From NCBI GenBank assembly GCA_022823085.1, contig JAJDXV010000057.1, forward strand, positions 19,891 to 83,890: a stretch of DNA of 64,000 bases, given 5' to 3'. The translations under genes and the position numbers were made by a program. This document shows positions 26,262 to 35,824 of this stretch, piece by piece (the stretch's first letter is position 1; every line of letters begins with the position of its first letter). This stretch comes from Candidatus Poribacteria bacterium (GTDB lineage Bacteria > Poribacteria > WGA-4E > WGA-3G). The notes below the pieces were generated by a model, which was given only the letters and a program-made list of their open reading frames with translations, did not search any database and was not told the origin of the DNA.

Positions 26262-26450
26262 TACAGCATTGGTTATGAATATCGTGAGCATAAGAAACAC
26301 CGTTTTTGCTGGGGCGTTTCTTCAGCAAAAACACTCGCTCCTACGGAAGATGGTGGTTCTGCTTGTGAATGCCGATCACAGATAACCGTAAGAATCGGGG
26401 TTAGAAACCCCTCCGACAAGCGTGATTTGGACAATTGAATGACGCTGTTC

Positions 26451-26495
26451 ACTGCAAGTTATATTCTTGCACTAATTACCAAGTTTTGTTATAGT
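26451..26495 (+). promoter_or_regulatory. Sigma70-like promoter (TTGCAC-17nt-TATAGT), a duplicate of the 14179-14222 block
   Basis: -35 at 26467-26472, 17-nt spacer identical except for 1 nt, -10 at 26490-26495. Lies upstream of the DprA/SLOG-like gene. Confidence 0.5.
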
Positions 26496-26624
26496 AAAAC
26501 CCATAATTATTTCTACACGCGGTAGGGATCGTAGGAATTGGGTAACCCAACCCGTACAAACTGTCATGTGAAGTTCATATCGCGAAGGGTGAACATATTT
26601 TGGATCCTATTATAAGGATGAGAA

Positions 26625-27314
26625 GTGATACCGCCAATTCAACGCATCACACAAACAGACCCGATTTATCCAAAAAAACTAAAGGATTTCCTAAAAACAG
26701 AAGCTCCAGAAACAATTTGGGCACGCGGAAATATCGACTTGTTACCGGGAATAGATACCGCTTTCAACGGAAACCTCTGGGCACTCTTCTGTTCCAAAAA
26801 ATGTCCCGGGGAGCTGATATTGAAGACGCACGACTTGGCGCAGAGGTTTAAGGAGAGAGGTATCCCAACGATCGGAGGCTATCATTCGCCGATTGAACAG
26901 GAATGTCTGCGTGTCTTACTGCGTGGTGTACAACCGATTCTCTTATGTCCGGCACGGAGCATCGAAAATATGCGACTGAAATCGGTATGGAGAGACGCAT
27001 TTGCCAAGGAACGGTTATTAATTTTATCTCCGTTTGAAAGTCGCTACAATCGACAGACAGAGGCGTTGGCGAACCGACGCAACGCTTTCGTTGCAGCACT
27101 CGCAGACAAAATCTATATCGCACACGCTGCTGAAGGTGGTAAGACATTAAAATTCGCAGAGAAGGTGATAGCCGAAGGCAAATCCGTTTTTACCTTTGAG
27201 ACACCAGCAAACGAAGCACTCTTTCAACTTGGCGCAGAACGGATGGAACCGTCCCTATATGTCGAGAAAAAAGCAAACGCTACTACGGTAACAGCACAAT
27301 TCGGAGGAACATAA
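26625..27314 (+). CDS. DprA/Smf-like (SLOG superfamily, Rossmann fold) protein
   Basis: GTG start with RBS 'AAGGA'. Layout 'LFCSKKCPGELILKTHDLAQ...IGGYHSPIEQECL...LILSPFESRYNRQTEALANRRNAFVAALADKIYIAHAAEGGKT' parallels the DprA Rossmann domain. Confidence 0.55.
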   Translation: MIPPIQRITQTDPIYPKKLKDFLKTEAPETIWARGNIDLLPGIDTAFNGNLWALFCSKKCPGELILKTHDLAQRFKERGIPTIGGYHSPIEQECLRVLLRGVQPILLCPARSIENMRLKSVWRDAFAKERLLILSPFESRYNRQTEALANRRNAFVAALADKIYIAHAAEGGKTLKFAEKVIAEGKSVFTFETPANEALFQLGAERMEPSLYVEKKANATTVTAQFGGT

Positions 27315-28216
27315 TGGCGAAAACCGTTTTTGTAGGAGACCATGAACTGACTTTCCCCGGTCCACACATCGGTGTACTGCGGGACTGTAACGCTGTGCTT
27401 GGCTCACCAGAGGGCTTGCACGAACAGATAGCAGAGGACGGGTATCTACTCGCCCGCGGTTTAATTAACAGAGAAAAGATTATCGCAGCGCGACGCGCCA
27501 TTCTTGAATACGCCGAAGGGAACGGAAAAGATGAGGTATTCAAGGCTGACACCGACATCATGGAGGCAGTCGCAGGGAACGGAAGTCCCGGACGGACGAT
27601 GGGAGCACCCGCCGTTACGCACCACCCAGATGTACTGTCCGTTTTAGAAGGCGATGAACTCTTTAAATTCTTCCGCAATTTCTTTGGCGGCGATACCCGA
27701 ACGTTCGATTACAAGTGGCTCCGGTTCGTCCGTCCTGACGGCTGGTCGGGACCGCATTTCGATTTCGTCTATATGGGGAGAGGCTCGAAGCAGCTGCATA
27801 CCTGTTGGGTTCCGTTCGGTGATGTGCCTGCAACGATGGGAACACTGACGGTACTTGTCGGGTCGCATAACCTACCGAGTTTCGCGCCGATTCGGGATAC
27901 CTACGGCAGAACGGATGTCGATAAGGACGGCACACCGGGGCATTTCGGACGTGATCCGATGGAGATCAGCGATAAATACGGCGGTGAGTGGAAAACAGCC
28001 GATTTTGAGATGGGGGATGTCATCATCTTCACGATGCACACGATGCACACTTCCACCAAGAACCTTTCAGATCGGTGGCGCGTCAGTTGTGATATCCGTT
28101 TCCAACCGGCAGCGCATCCGATCGATGAGCGGTGGGTCGGCAAAAATCCGATCTCTCATACAGGCAGTCAGAAGATTTCGTTTGAAGAAGCAAAAAAGCA
28201 GTGGGGATTGGAATAA
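27314..28216 (+). CDS. PhyH-family Fe(II)/2OG dioxygenase (second paralog), translationally coupled to the SLOG gene
   Basis: TAATG overlap with the upstream gene. 300 aa with PhyH-like 'HFDFVYMG...HT' arrangement. Confidence 0.6.
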   Translation: MAKTVFVGDHELTFPGPHIGVLRDCNAVLGSPEGLHEQIAEDGYLLARGLINREKIIAARRAILEYAEGNGKDEVFKADTDIMEAVAGNGSPGRTMGAPAVTHHPDVLSVLEGDELFKFFRNFFGGDTRTFDYKWLRFVRPDGWSGPHFDFVYMGRGSKQLHTCWVPFGDVPATMGTLTVLVGSHNLPSFAPIRDTYGRTDVDKDGTPGHFGRDPMEISDKYGGEWKTADFEMGDVIIFTMHTMHTSTKNLSDRWRVSCDIRFQPAAHPIDERWVGKNPISHTGSQKISFEEAKKQWGLE

Positions 28217-28236
28217 TCTAAACATATAAGCAGGAT

Positions 28237-28380
28237 ATGTATACTTTTTGGCGATTTTTATACATATCGGCACTGATATGTATAATTTGTATACATATCG
28301 ATCCGGACATGTATACTTTTTGGCAATTTCTATACATATCGGCACTGATATGTATAATTTGTATACATACTGATTTGCTC
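28237..28380. repeat. Two tandem 72-bp units, each an imperfect palindrome (ATGTATAC...TATACATATCGGCACTGATATGTATA...GTATACAT), between convergent genes
   Basis: Unit 1 is 28237-28308 and unit 2 is 28309-28380, about 93% identical. Each has 9-bp arms TATACATAT/ATATGTATA and terminal inverted 8-mers. Confidence 0.8.
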
Positions 28381-28381
28381 A

Positions 28382-29557
28382 TTAGCCGAACAAGGCGCGC
28401 CGAATTTGACGGACTGCTTGACGGATACGATCCTCGTTCTCTACAAGTGCTATGCGGATATAACCCTCACCGTTATGCCCGAACCCTGCACCTGGAGAGA
28501 CACAGACTTCCGCTTCATTCAAAAGTTTCATTGAGAAGTCCAGAGAACTCAAGTGTCGCCACGCTTCGGGAATCGGTGCCCAGACGAACATGGAAGCCTG
28601 CGGTTTCGGGACTGTCCATCCGATCCGGTTTAACCCGTCCACAAGCACATCACGACGTTTCTGGTAGATCGCAGCGTTTTCCATTACTGTATCTATCGGC
28701 GTGCGGAGTGCCATAATCGCGGCGATTTGAATCGGTGCGAAAATCCCGTAATCGTAGTAGCCTTTAATCCGAGCGAGTGCCTCTATAATCTCGCGGTTCC
28801 CAGCTGCGAACCCGCACCGCCAACCCGCCATGTTATAGGATTTCGACAGCGAAATAAATTCGATACCGACATCCTTCGCACCCTTCGCTTGTAGAAAACT
28901 CGGTGCTTTGTAGCCATCAAAAACGATGTCCGCATAAGCCAAATCGTGAACGACAACGATCTCCTGCTGTTTCGCGAACGCAACGATCTCCTCAAAGAAC
29001 CCAAGATCGACAACAGCACCCGTCGGGTTATGCGGGAAACTTAAGATTAACATCTTAGGTCTCGGCCAGATATCGCGTGTAATCTCAGTGAGCGAAGGGA
29101 TGAAATCGTTCTCCTCTGTGAGCGGTATACTCACAACGCTGCCACCGGCGAGCACGACGCTGTACGTATGAATCGGGAACGTCGGATTCGGCACCATCGC
29201 TAAGTCGCCTTCATCGATCAAAGCCAAAGCGAGATGCCCGAGCCCCTCTTTCGTACCGATAACAGCGATTGCCTCTTCATCCGGATCAATATCTACACCG
29301 AACCGGCGTTCATAATGCCAACTGACTTCCCTGCGTAGATTGTAAATGCCGCGTGAAGCGGAGTAGCGGTGATTCCGCAGCTCTTGCGCAGCCTCAGTCA
29401 GTTTATCAATAATAGGTTGTGGGGTCGGTTGATTCGGGTTCCCCATTCCTAAGTCGATAATGTCTATCCCTTGCTGCCTGCGTTCATGCGTTAACTGTTT
29501 GAGTTTACCAAACATATATGGCGGAAGACGATTTAAGCGTTTTGAAAATATATTCAT
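28382..29557 (-). CDS. Class I/II PLP-dependent aminotransferase (AspC/AlaT-like)
   Basis: 'LSFPHNPTG' and 'SLSKSYNMAGWRCGF' (PLP-lysine motif). 391 aa. Confidence 0.85.
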   Translation of the reverse strand: MNIFSKRLNRLPPYMFGKLKQLTHERRQQGIDIIDLGMGNPNQPTPQPIIDKLTEAAQELRNHRYSASRGIYNLRREVSWHYERRFGVDIDPDEEAIAVIGTKEGLGHLALALIDEGDLAMVPNPTFPIHTYSVVLAGGSVVSIPLTEENDFIPSLTEITRDIWPRPKMLILSFPHNPTGAVVDLGFFEEIVAFAKQQEIVVVHDLAYADIVFDGYKAPSFLQAKGAKDVGIEFISLSKSYNMAGWRCGFAAGNREIIEALARIKGYYDYGIFAPIQIAAIMALRTPIDTVMENAAIYQKRRDVLVDGLNRIGWTVPKPQASMFVWAPIPEAWRHLSSLDFSMKLLNEAEVCVSPGAGFGHNGEGYIRIALVENEDRIRQAVRQIRRALFG

Positions 29558-30228
29558 GTGCGTATTCTGAGAGTTTTACCGGATGCGGCGTTGTGTGCAT
29601 AGCGGGTGGTTTCAGGTAAGCGATAACCGCGACAACATGCCAACGTCCATATCCGGGCTGAATCCAGGGAGATTCGGTGTCCTATGGATACGTACACCAC
29701 TCGGACGTTTGTCCGCGTGCGAATGACAGCACCGATCACCTCTTCTTTATCTGTAAGATACGTATAAGCACCCTGCTCGGAATCGGGTTCGTTGTATTGT
29801 CCGCAGAGCCGGGATTTTGCGCAACCGATTGTCGGTTTGTCCAAGATCAACCCTAAGTGCGATGCAAGCCCGAATCTTCTGGGGTGTGCGATCCCTTGTC
29901 CGTCTACGATTATCAGGTCCGGTATCGTTTTTAACTGATCAAACGCTGTTAGGAGCGGCGGGATCTCCCGAAAAGATAACAACCCCGGTATATAAGGAAA
30001 ACGAACAGGGCTTGCTGTAACCACGCTATCTACCACCTGTAGTTCAGGGAAACTCAGGACGACCACAGATGCAATCGCAGTGTCCTTTTTCAACCCGATG
30101 TCTACGCCTGCAACGGTGTTGATTGTCCCAAACCGGTCTGTTAGAATCACCTGCGCGCGCAATCTGTTCTGGAGTTGCCTGGCTTCTTCAGGTGTAACAT
30201 CCCACGAGTGGAGGGCGTGATATTCCAT
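29554..30228 (-). CDS. nfi: Endonuclease V (deoxyinosine 3' endonuclease)
   Basis: 224 aa. 'VAGVDIGL...ASVVVL', 'PYIPGLLSFRE' and 'IVDGQGIAHPRRFGLASHLG' match the Nfi family. Confidence 0.85.
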   Translation of the reverse strand: MEYHALHSWDVTPEEARQLQNRLRAQVILTDRFGTINTVAGVDIGLKKDTAIASVVVLSFPELQVVDSVVTASPVRFPYIPGLLSFREIPPLLTAFDQLKTIPDLIIVDGQGIAHPRRFGLASHLGLILDKPTIGCAKSRLCGQYNEPDSEQGAYTYLTDKEEVIGAVIRTRTNVRVVYVSIGHRISLDSARIWTLACCRGYRLPETTRYAHNAASGKTLRIRT

Positions 30229-30402
30229 AGCTGCCGCTGTTCGTTTTCAATACAAACTCGTTTTGCCTTACAATGCTCTGTACCGCGAAAGACGGTTACA
30301 TTTCTCCGCCGGATGCTCGATTATATTATAACACAAAAACATTATAACACAAAAATCTCTTATTGTCAAGTCCTTTTCAGCAGTGTCTATACGTCGGAAC
30401 GC

Positions 30403-30555
30403 TTACTTCTCTGGGTTCGTTTCCTTAATATCGACAGCACCGATCTTCGTGATATGCTGGATGCCAGCGAAAAAAGCAGAAAGGACCAGGTAGCCGCCAC
30501 CAATACCAATGAGAGCACCTAAACTGCCGATAATTATTTCGACACCGTTAAACAT
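30403..30555 (-). CDS. Small hydrophobic protein (~50 aa), not in the ORF track
   Basis: ATG preceded by 'TAAGGAGAACGGACA'. Encodes 'MFNGVEIIIGSLGALIGIGGGYLVLSAFFAGIQHITKIGAVDIKETNPEK'. Confidence 0.3.
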   Translation of the reverse strand: MFNGVEIIIGSLGALIGIGGGYLVLSAFFAGIQHITKIGAVDIKETNPEK

Positions 30556-30895
30556 TGTCCGTTCTCCTTAATATTACTTTTATTTATAATAGCCCTGTAT
30601 GAGCCGTTGGCATTACGAGATTGATAACCTCATAATGTCAGAATTAGTATTTTTTAAATACGAGACTATTTATTACTTGGTTTCAATTTTTTGATTAATT
30701 TACCGATTAACAGCATACTTCACGTATAATATCAAGCAAGAATCGTGCCAACGCAGAAATGCTGAAATGGATAGATAATGGGGATAAAGTGTGTATGATT
30801 CAACACAATAGGGAGAGGATATTCGGGAAACTGTATCAAATTGGAAACACACTAACACAGTTCATTGGCGGAATATTCACACCGTTCGGTAAATC

Positions 30896-31645
30896 TTAGC
30901 CAAACATTTTAAGGATACTCGGTGGCACGAGATGTTCAACGGTTTCGCCGCGTTCTAACAGGTCACGTGCCTCTGTTGACGACATATACGCATAAACATC
31001 AGGCAAAAGGATACATGAAACATAGGGAGCATAGCGGCAGATTTCCGGTTGTGCCATGAAGGTCTCCATCGTCTTAATATCAGCTTCCGCGCGGTTTGCG
31101 ACAATAAAGCGTGCCGAGGCAAACAACACCTGTAATTCGGCGTGGAAATCTGTATAGTATTTTGCGTCAAAAATTCTCACAAGCGTGTCATATCCGACGA
31201 TGAAGTTGAATGCTGTGTCCAGTGAGAACATCGTCCTTAGGGCAGTAACCTTATCAATATACCTACCGTGGCTTGATGCTCCGACTGAAATCTGTGGTCG
31301 GTTCTCGGCATATTTCCTAAGTGTTAAGAGCCTTACAGCAAGCGGTAAACCGAACACAGGTTTATCAACGTTCGCCTTCGCAAGCAGTAGGAGTAGTTCA
31401 TCTAACTGATATTTAGCAACCGTATCCTCCACCATTTTTATATGTGCAAGGGTCAACGGATTGAAAGAACCTGAGAAGATGCCGAGTTTTTTAGTTTGTT
31501 GAAAATTTTGTGGTGTCGCGCGGTGAACGAATTCTATCCTCGGCGGCGCGGATGGATCCAACTGCTCAAAGAGCTCAGTGTACCGTTCATAGTCTGGGTG
31601 TTCCTGGCATTTCTGTATTAACAGATTCAGTGATGCATTTAGCAT
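30896..31645 (-). CDS. Nucleotidyltransferase of the HIGH-motif superfamily (NadD-like)
   Basis: 'GIFSGSFNPLTLAHIKM' (GxFxPxHxxH) and C-terminal 'MSSTEARD' (ISST-like). Confidence 0.5.
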   Translation of the reverse strand: MLNASLNLLIQKCQEHPDYERYTELFEQLDPSAPPRIEFVHRATPQNFQQTKKLGIFSGSFNPLTLAHIKMVEDTVAKYQLDELLLLLAKANVDKPVFGLPLAVRLLTLRKYAENRPQISVGASSHGRYIDKVTALRTMFSLDTAFNFIVGYDTLVRIFDAKYYTDFHAELQVLFASARFIVANRAEADIKTMETFMAQPEICRYAPYVSCILLPDVYAYMSSTEARDLLERGETVEHLVPPSILKMFG

Positions 31646-31685
31646 GATTGTACACCTGTGTCAAAAGGCGTAAGTGTCGGCAGGA

Positions 31686-32477
31686 CTAATCCGTGTCGGT
31701 TTCTGCTTTCTTCGCCTCTTCCCAGATAGCGTCTAAACTTTCTAAATCTTGCGCTTCAAAATTCGTGCCGCGGCGTTCTAATTCCGCTTCCATCCATTTA
31801 AAACGCCACATAAACTTTCGGTTCGCCTGTCGCAATGTCTCTTCGGCTTGGATTTCCATAAAACGGCAGAGATTAACGATGGCAAACAGCAGGTCCCCAA
31901 GTTCCATCGCAGTCGCTTCCGGTTTGCCAGCGTTGATACTCGCCTTCACCTCTTCGAGTTCTTCTTCGACCTTTGCGACGACATCGGTGAGGTCATCCCA
32001 ATCAAAACCGACACGCGCTGCACGGTTCTGTATCTTCTGTGCGCGGAGCAGTGTCGGGAGTGCGTTTGGAATCCCATCAAGTACCGACTTCCGGTCCTCG
32101 TAGCCAGATTCCGAACGTTTGATCGCTTCCCAATTCTTCACGACCTCATCTGAATCCTCAACATCGACATCACCAAAGACATGCGGATGGCGGCGTATGA
32201 GTTTCTCCGTTAACGTCTCAATTACGCCGTAGACATCAAAATTTTTGTGTTCCGCTGCGATCTGTGCCTGGAGCATGATGTTCAGAAGAAGGTCACCGAG
32301 TTCCTCTTCTAACTTTTTCGGATCACCAGTATCAATCGCTTCAAGGGTCTCATAAGTCTCCTCAATAAGTGTAGATTTCAGCGTTTCATGTGTCTGCTCA
32401 CGATCCCACGGACACCCGTTTTCGCTCCGTAGGGTCGCTATGACATCAACCAATTCCTTAAACAGGTCTTTTGACAT
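31686..32477 (-). CDS. mazG: Nucleoside triphosphate pyrophosphohydrolase MazG
   Basis: 'CPWDREQTHETLKSTLIEETYE' and a second EExxE half-domain. 263 aa. Confidence 0.9.
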   Translation of the reverse strand: MSKDLFKELVDVIATLRSENGCPWDREQTHETLKSTLIEETYETLEAIDTGDPKKLEEELGDLLLNIMLQAQIAAEHKNFDVYGVIETLTEKLIRRHPHVFGDVDVEDSDEVVKNWEAIKRSESGYEDRKSVLDGIPNALPTLLRAQKIQNRAARVGFDWDDLTDVVAKVEEELEEVKASINAGKPEATAMELGDLLFAIVNLCRFMEIQAEETLRQANRKFMWRFKWMEAELERRGTNFEAQDLESLDAIWEEAKKAETDTD

Positions 32478-32488
32478 ACAAATCTCCT

Positions 32489-33733
32489 TTATTTTTCACG
32501 GATTTTTTGTTTTAAATCTTTCACATGTTTTTGAACGGCTGCGTAGCGTTCGGCTTCAGCGAAATAGGTGAGATAGAGCGCGTAGAGTTGTAGGGCGCGA
32601 GTATAATCTTCCTCGCCTTCTGCCGCAAGTGCGCGCGCCTCTAAGGCATCCGCCTTCGCATTCAACAGTTCACTGAGCAATTGCGTAGCACGCAGAGCGA
32701 AAACGCTATGGTTGTATGTATCCCTAAAATCTGCCAACGCCTTCGTTAATTCAGCGTACGGTTTCTTATCAAACGCATCTTTGAGTTGTTCAAGCTCCGT
32801 TTCGGCTTTGGTAGCGAGACGCATCGCTGATTTTTTTCCTGTACGGCATAACGCCGTGTCAGGTAAAATCTCCGCAATTTGGGCATAAAGTGTGAACGCT
32901 TCCCCGAGTTTGCCACTCTTTTCAGCGGCCTGTGCCTTTTCAAATCCAGATGCAACCTGTTTCGTGGGTCCGTAAGCGATGAGCCACTCCCGCATTTTGG
33001 TTTTCGTCAACCATTGTGCGGAAAGACTGTGTGTTTCATTCTCCCAACCCTCGAACGTCACATCTGCGCCCCAGTCGGTATAAAGTTGTGCTGCGCGTTT
33101 CGCTCGTGGATAATGCGGATCGTCCAATTCGCCTGCACCATAAAAGACCGGATGCCCACGAATGAGTTCCGCTGGTGGTGGATTCATATCTACATCGCGT
33201 CTCCCGGCACCAAGGACGAGCCGTCCAGCTAACCGATCTAACAACTGTTCTCCGAGAACCGTGGTTGAATAACCGCCTTGGCTATAGCCACCCATGAAAA
33301 TGTATTCTTTGGCGACATTCAGACGTGTTGAAATGAGTTCTAATGCCTCATCGAAAAAGATTTTCTCTTTTGCCGTCTCGGTCGGCAGAAGTTTGTTGTA
33401 ATAGAGGTCCGTTGCATAATTCATGCCGACAATGATAAACCCTTCGCCTTTTGTGATATGCCTGAACATCTGCGTTGTGGCTGTCCCTCGGTAACCGTGG
33501 TAATAAAAAAGTACCGGAAATGGACGTTTGTCGGTGTAATCAACGGGAACGTAAAGCAGGAAAGTTTTTCCTGTCCTTGGAGCAGTGATACGTACTTCCT
33601 TTCCCGGCAACAATTCAGCGTTGGACCTCGGTATGTCAGCAACAGGAACACTGCAAAACAGAAGTAGGAGGAGTGTGCTGAGGTAAATGGTCTGTACTGA
33701 ATTATTGGAATAGCGAAGAAAATATGCTTTCAT
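32489..33733 (-). CDS. Secreted alpha/beta-hydrolase (esterase / PHB-depolymerase-like) with C-terminal TPR-like helical region
   Basis: Signal peptide; 'FYYHGYRGT' and GxSxG 'GGYSQGG'. C-terminal repeat-like helical segment. Confidence 0.7.
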   Translation of the reverse strand: MKAYFLRYSNNSVQTIYLSTLLLLLFCSVPVADIPRSNAELLPGKEVRITAPRTGKTFLLYVPVDYTDKRPFPVLFYYHGYRGTATTQMFRHITKGEGFIIVGMNYATDLYYNKLLPTETAKEKIFFDEALELISTRLNVAKEYIFMGGYSQGGYSTTVLGEQLLDRLAGRLVLGAGRRDVDMNPPPAELIRGHPVFYGAGELDDPHYPRAKRAAQLYTDWGADVTFEGWENETHSLSAQWLTKTKMREWLIAYGPTKQVASGFEKAQAAEKSGKLGEAFTLYAQIAEILPDTALCRTGKKSAMRLATKAETELEQLKDAFDKKPYAELTKALADFRDTYNHSVFALRATQLLSELLNAKADALEARALAAEGEEDYTRALQLYALYLTYFAEAERYAAVQKHVKDLKQKIREK

Positions 33734-34431
33734 GCGTCTACGGTGTCCTCCTGCAGGGATTCTACTTGGAGGATAAGCCGACCGAGTTGAAGCCGTAGCA
33801 GTAGCGTATAGATTTGCATCAGCAGGGTAACTTGTGCTTCTGTGGGGAGATCGCTGGCATAAATCACGGCGAGTAACCTGTCCGCGCGTTCACGGACCTG
33901 TTCGGCTTTCTCCAAGTCGTCTGTTTCTGTCTCCGGTGTGCTCTCCTTGATAAACTGCCATAAGCGATCCTGAATTTCGAGCATATAATTCTTTGCCATT
34001 ACGGTGCGTGCTTTCTTCGCGGAATCTACCCAGATGGTATTCGCCTTCCAATTCAGCATAAAGGCGATACTGTTGATAATCACATCGCGAAGCGTGTCCT
34101 CGCCAGAGAGCAGTTCTTCTAAGTTTGTTATACCTTCTGCTTCGGCTGAGAAGGTGCGAACGCGTGTAAAATCTTTCAAATTTGTCAACAACGCTTCGTT
34201 TTCTGCGATGAGCCGCCAATAATCGGCACTCGTTGAAAGTAGTACCTCCACGCGATTGCAAACAGCATCAGGGATTTGTGCGCGAACGCAGTAATAGTGA
34301 AGACTGTGAAGCCGACTCCGAAAGCGCTGCAAGTTCTCAACCGTCTGGATTTCCGACGAACGTGCAATATGCGGAAGGAGTTCCTCGCGTATCTGATTCA
34401 AAAGTGTAGGGATAGTGCGTTCAATGTTCAT
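33730..34431 (-). CDS. Hypothetical helical protein (first gene of the minus-strand operon with esterase, mazG and nucleotidyltransferase)
   Basis: 4-nt overlap with the downstream gene. No motifs recognised. Confidence 0.4.
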   Translation of the reverse strand: MNIERTIPTLLNQIREELLPHIARSSEIQTVENLQRFRSRLHSLHYYCVRAQIPDAVCNRVEVLLSTSADYWRLIAENEALLTNLKDFTRVRTFSAEAEGITNLEELLSGEDTLRDVIINSIAFMLNWKANTIWVDSAKKARTVMAKNYMLEIQDRLWQFIKESTPETETDDLEKAEQVRERADRLLAVIYASDLPTEAQVTLLMQIYTLLLRLQLGRLILQVESLQEDTVDA

Positions 34432-34584
34432 GTGGTCAGCCTTATCAGTGCAAGATGTTTATTGGCGCAATCTCTTCTCTAATAGCATAGCAGGTTTACC
34501 CGAAAAAATCAATCTGAATGCTTGCTTTTTCTAAAATCTTCGTGTATACTTTAAGAATAACATAACAATTCTGACTTTGTAGAT

Positions 34585-34881
34585 ATGGAGGTTCCGATGA
34601 AGAATCTTGTGGTAACGGAAGAAATTTGGAAAGAAGGCAATATGTACACCGCCTATTGCCCAGAGTTGGATGTTGTGAGTTGCGGAACGGATATAGAAGA
34701 TGCGCGAAAAAATCTTCTTGAAGTGATCGAAATTCATCTGGAGGAAGCAGCGAAATTAGGGACACTCAGGGCATTTTTGGAAAACGCTGGTTACGATTTG
34801 ACAACTTCACAACCGACCCTCCAACTTGATAAACAAGTCGTGGCATTCAACCAGCGTACCGTACCTCTCGGAGACCTTTAA
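34585..34881 (+). CDS. hicB: HicB-family antitoxin (UPF0150-like)
   Basis: 'EGNMYTAYCPELDVVSCGTDIEDARKNLLEVIEIHLE' is the typical HicB N-terminal RNase-H-like fold. Confidence 0.7.
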   Translation: MEVPMKNLVVTEEIWKEGNMYTAYCPELDVVSCGTDIEDARKNLLEVIEIHLEEAAKLGTLRAFLENAGYDLTTSQPTLQLDKQVVAFNQRTVPLGDL

Positions 34882-35111
34882 TGCCGAGACTTTTGCCAAC
34901 AGATTGGCGAACCCAAGTTAAAATTTTTGAAAAATTCGGGTGCCGCTATGTTCGGCAAAAAGGATCACATCTCATCTACCACCATCCTAATGCGAAACGT
35001 GCCGTTGTTATCCCTCACTACGACGAGATACCTGTTACAATCATCAGAAACAATATGCGTACTGTGGGCATGAGCAGAGAACAATATTTTCAGTTATTCA
35101 CCGAAGTTTAA
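34881..35111 (+). CDS. hicA: HicA-family mRNA interferase toxin
   Basis: 'FGCRYVRQKGSHLIYHHP' with the conserved HicA 'GSH' motif. 76 aa. 1-nt overlap with hicB. Confidence 0.75.
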   Translation: MPRLLPTDWRTQVKIFEKFGCRYVRQKGSHLIYHHPNAKRAVVIPHYDEIPVTIIRNNMRTVGMSREQYFQLFTEV

Positions 35112-35220
35112 TTTTCAATCCGGCCCCACTACCGGTCCCTAAAAAGTCAACTTGACAATTGTCGGAAGTCTATGTTAAAATGTGGATAGGAAACACATGG
35201 AGCAGATGGAGCAGTGCCAT

Positions 35221-35779
35221 GAGATCGTTGTATATCGCTGTTATTATCAGTATCGCGTTTTTCGGGATGCTTGTCAGTTTTGCCGATGAGCAGACTGAAC
35301 CAGCACCTCCAAAAGTTGGCGACACAGCACCGGATTGGACGCTTCAAGATGTGGAAGAGAAGGAACACAATCTAAAGAAACTACACGGTAAAGTTGTCTT
35401 TCTGATTCTCGGCAATCGGAAAATTCGGAAAGAGGACGACAAATGGGCAGAGGCGTTCCAGAAGGATTACCGAGAAAACGCACAGGTTACCGCCTACATC
35501 ATCGCAGATATGCGGAGCGTTCCGGGATTCATACCGAAAGGATTTATCAGAGGTCAACTCAAGAAAAATCCGCCGCCTGTGAAATTTCTGCTTGATTGGA
35601 AGGGCGAAGTGCATAAACAGTATCAGACGGAGAAAGAGAAACCGGTGCTTTACCTCATCTCACAGAAAGGCATTATTGTGTTTCACCGAAAATCGAATTT
35701 CAAATTAGAAATTTACGCCGATCTGAAAAAGGAGATCGACAAACTGTTGGCAACTCCTGAAATATCTGAGGCGAAGTGA
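35221..35779 (+). CDS. Membrane-anchored thioredoxin-fold (redoxin-like) protein lacking CxxC
   Basis: 'TAPDWTLQDVEEKEHNLKKLHGKVVFLIL' resembles the redoxin/TlpA N-terminal pattern without the catalytic cysteines. The start is uncertain (the track ORF begins at 35159). Confidence 0.4.
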
Positions 35780-35824
35780 AACAGAGCTCAACTTACATAC
35801 AACCCTCTGAGATGGGAGAAAAAT

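Noticed and set aside
28237-28380. Possible CRISPR array
   Set aside because: Only two 72-bp units with no unique spacers, and the units are internally palindromic. No other repeat-spacer structure exists in the window.
30175-30522. ORF 30175..30522(+)
   Set aside because: It overlaps the 5' end of nfi on the opposite strand and has low-complexity composition. The SD-led small ORF on the minus strand is more plausible.
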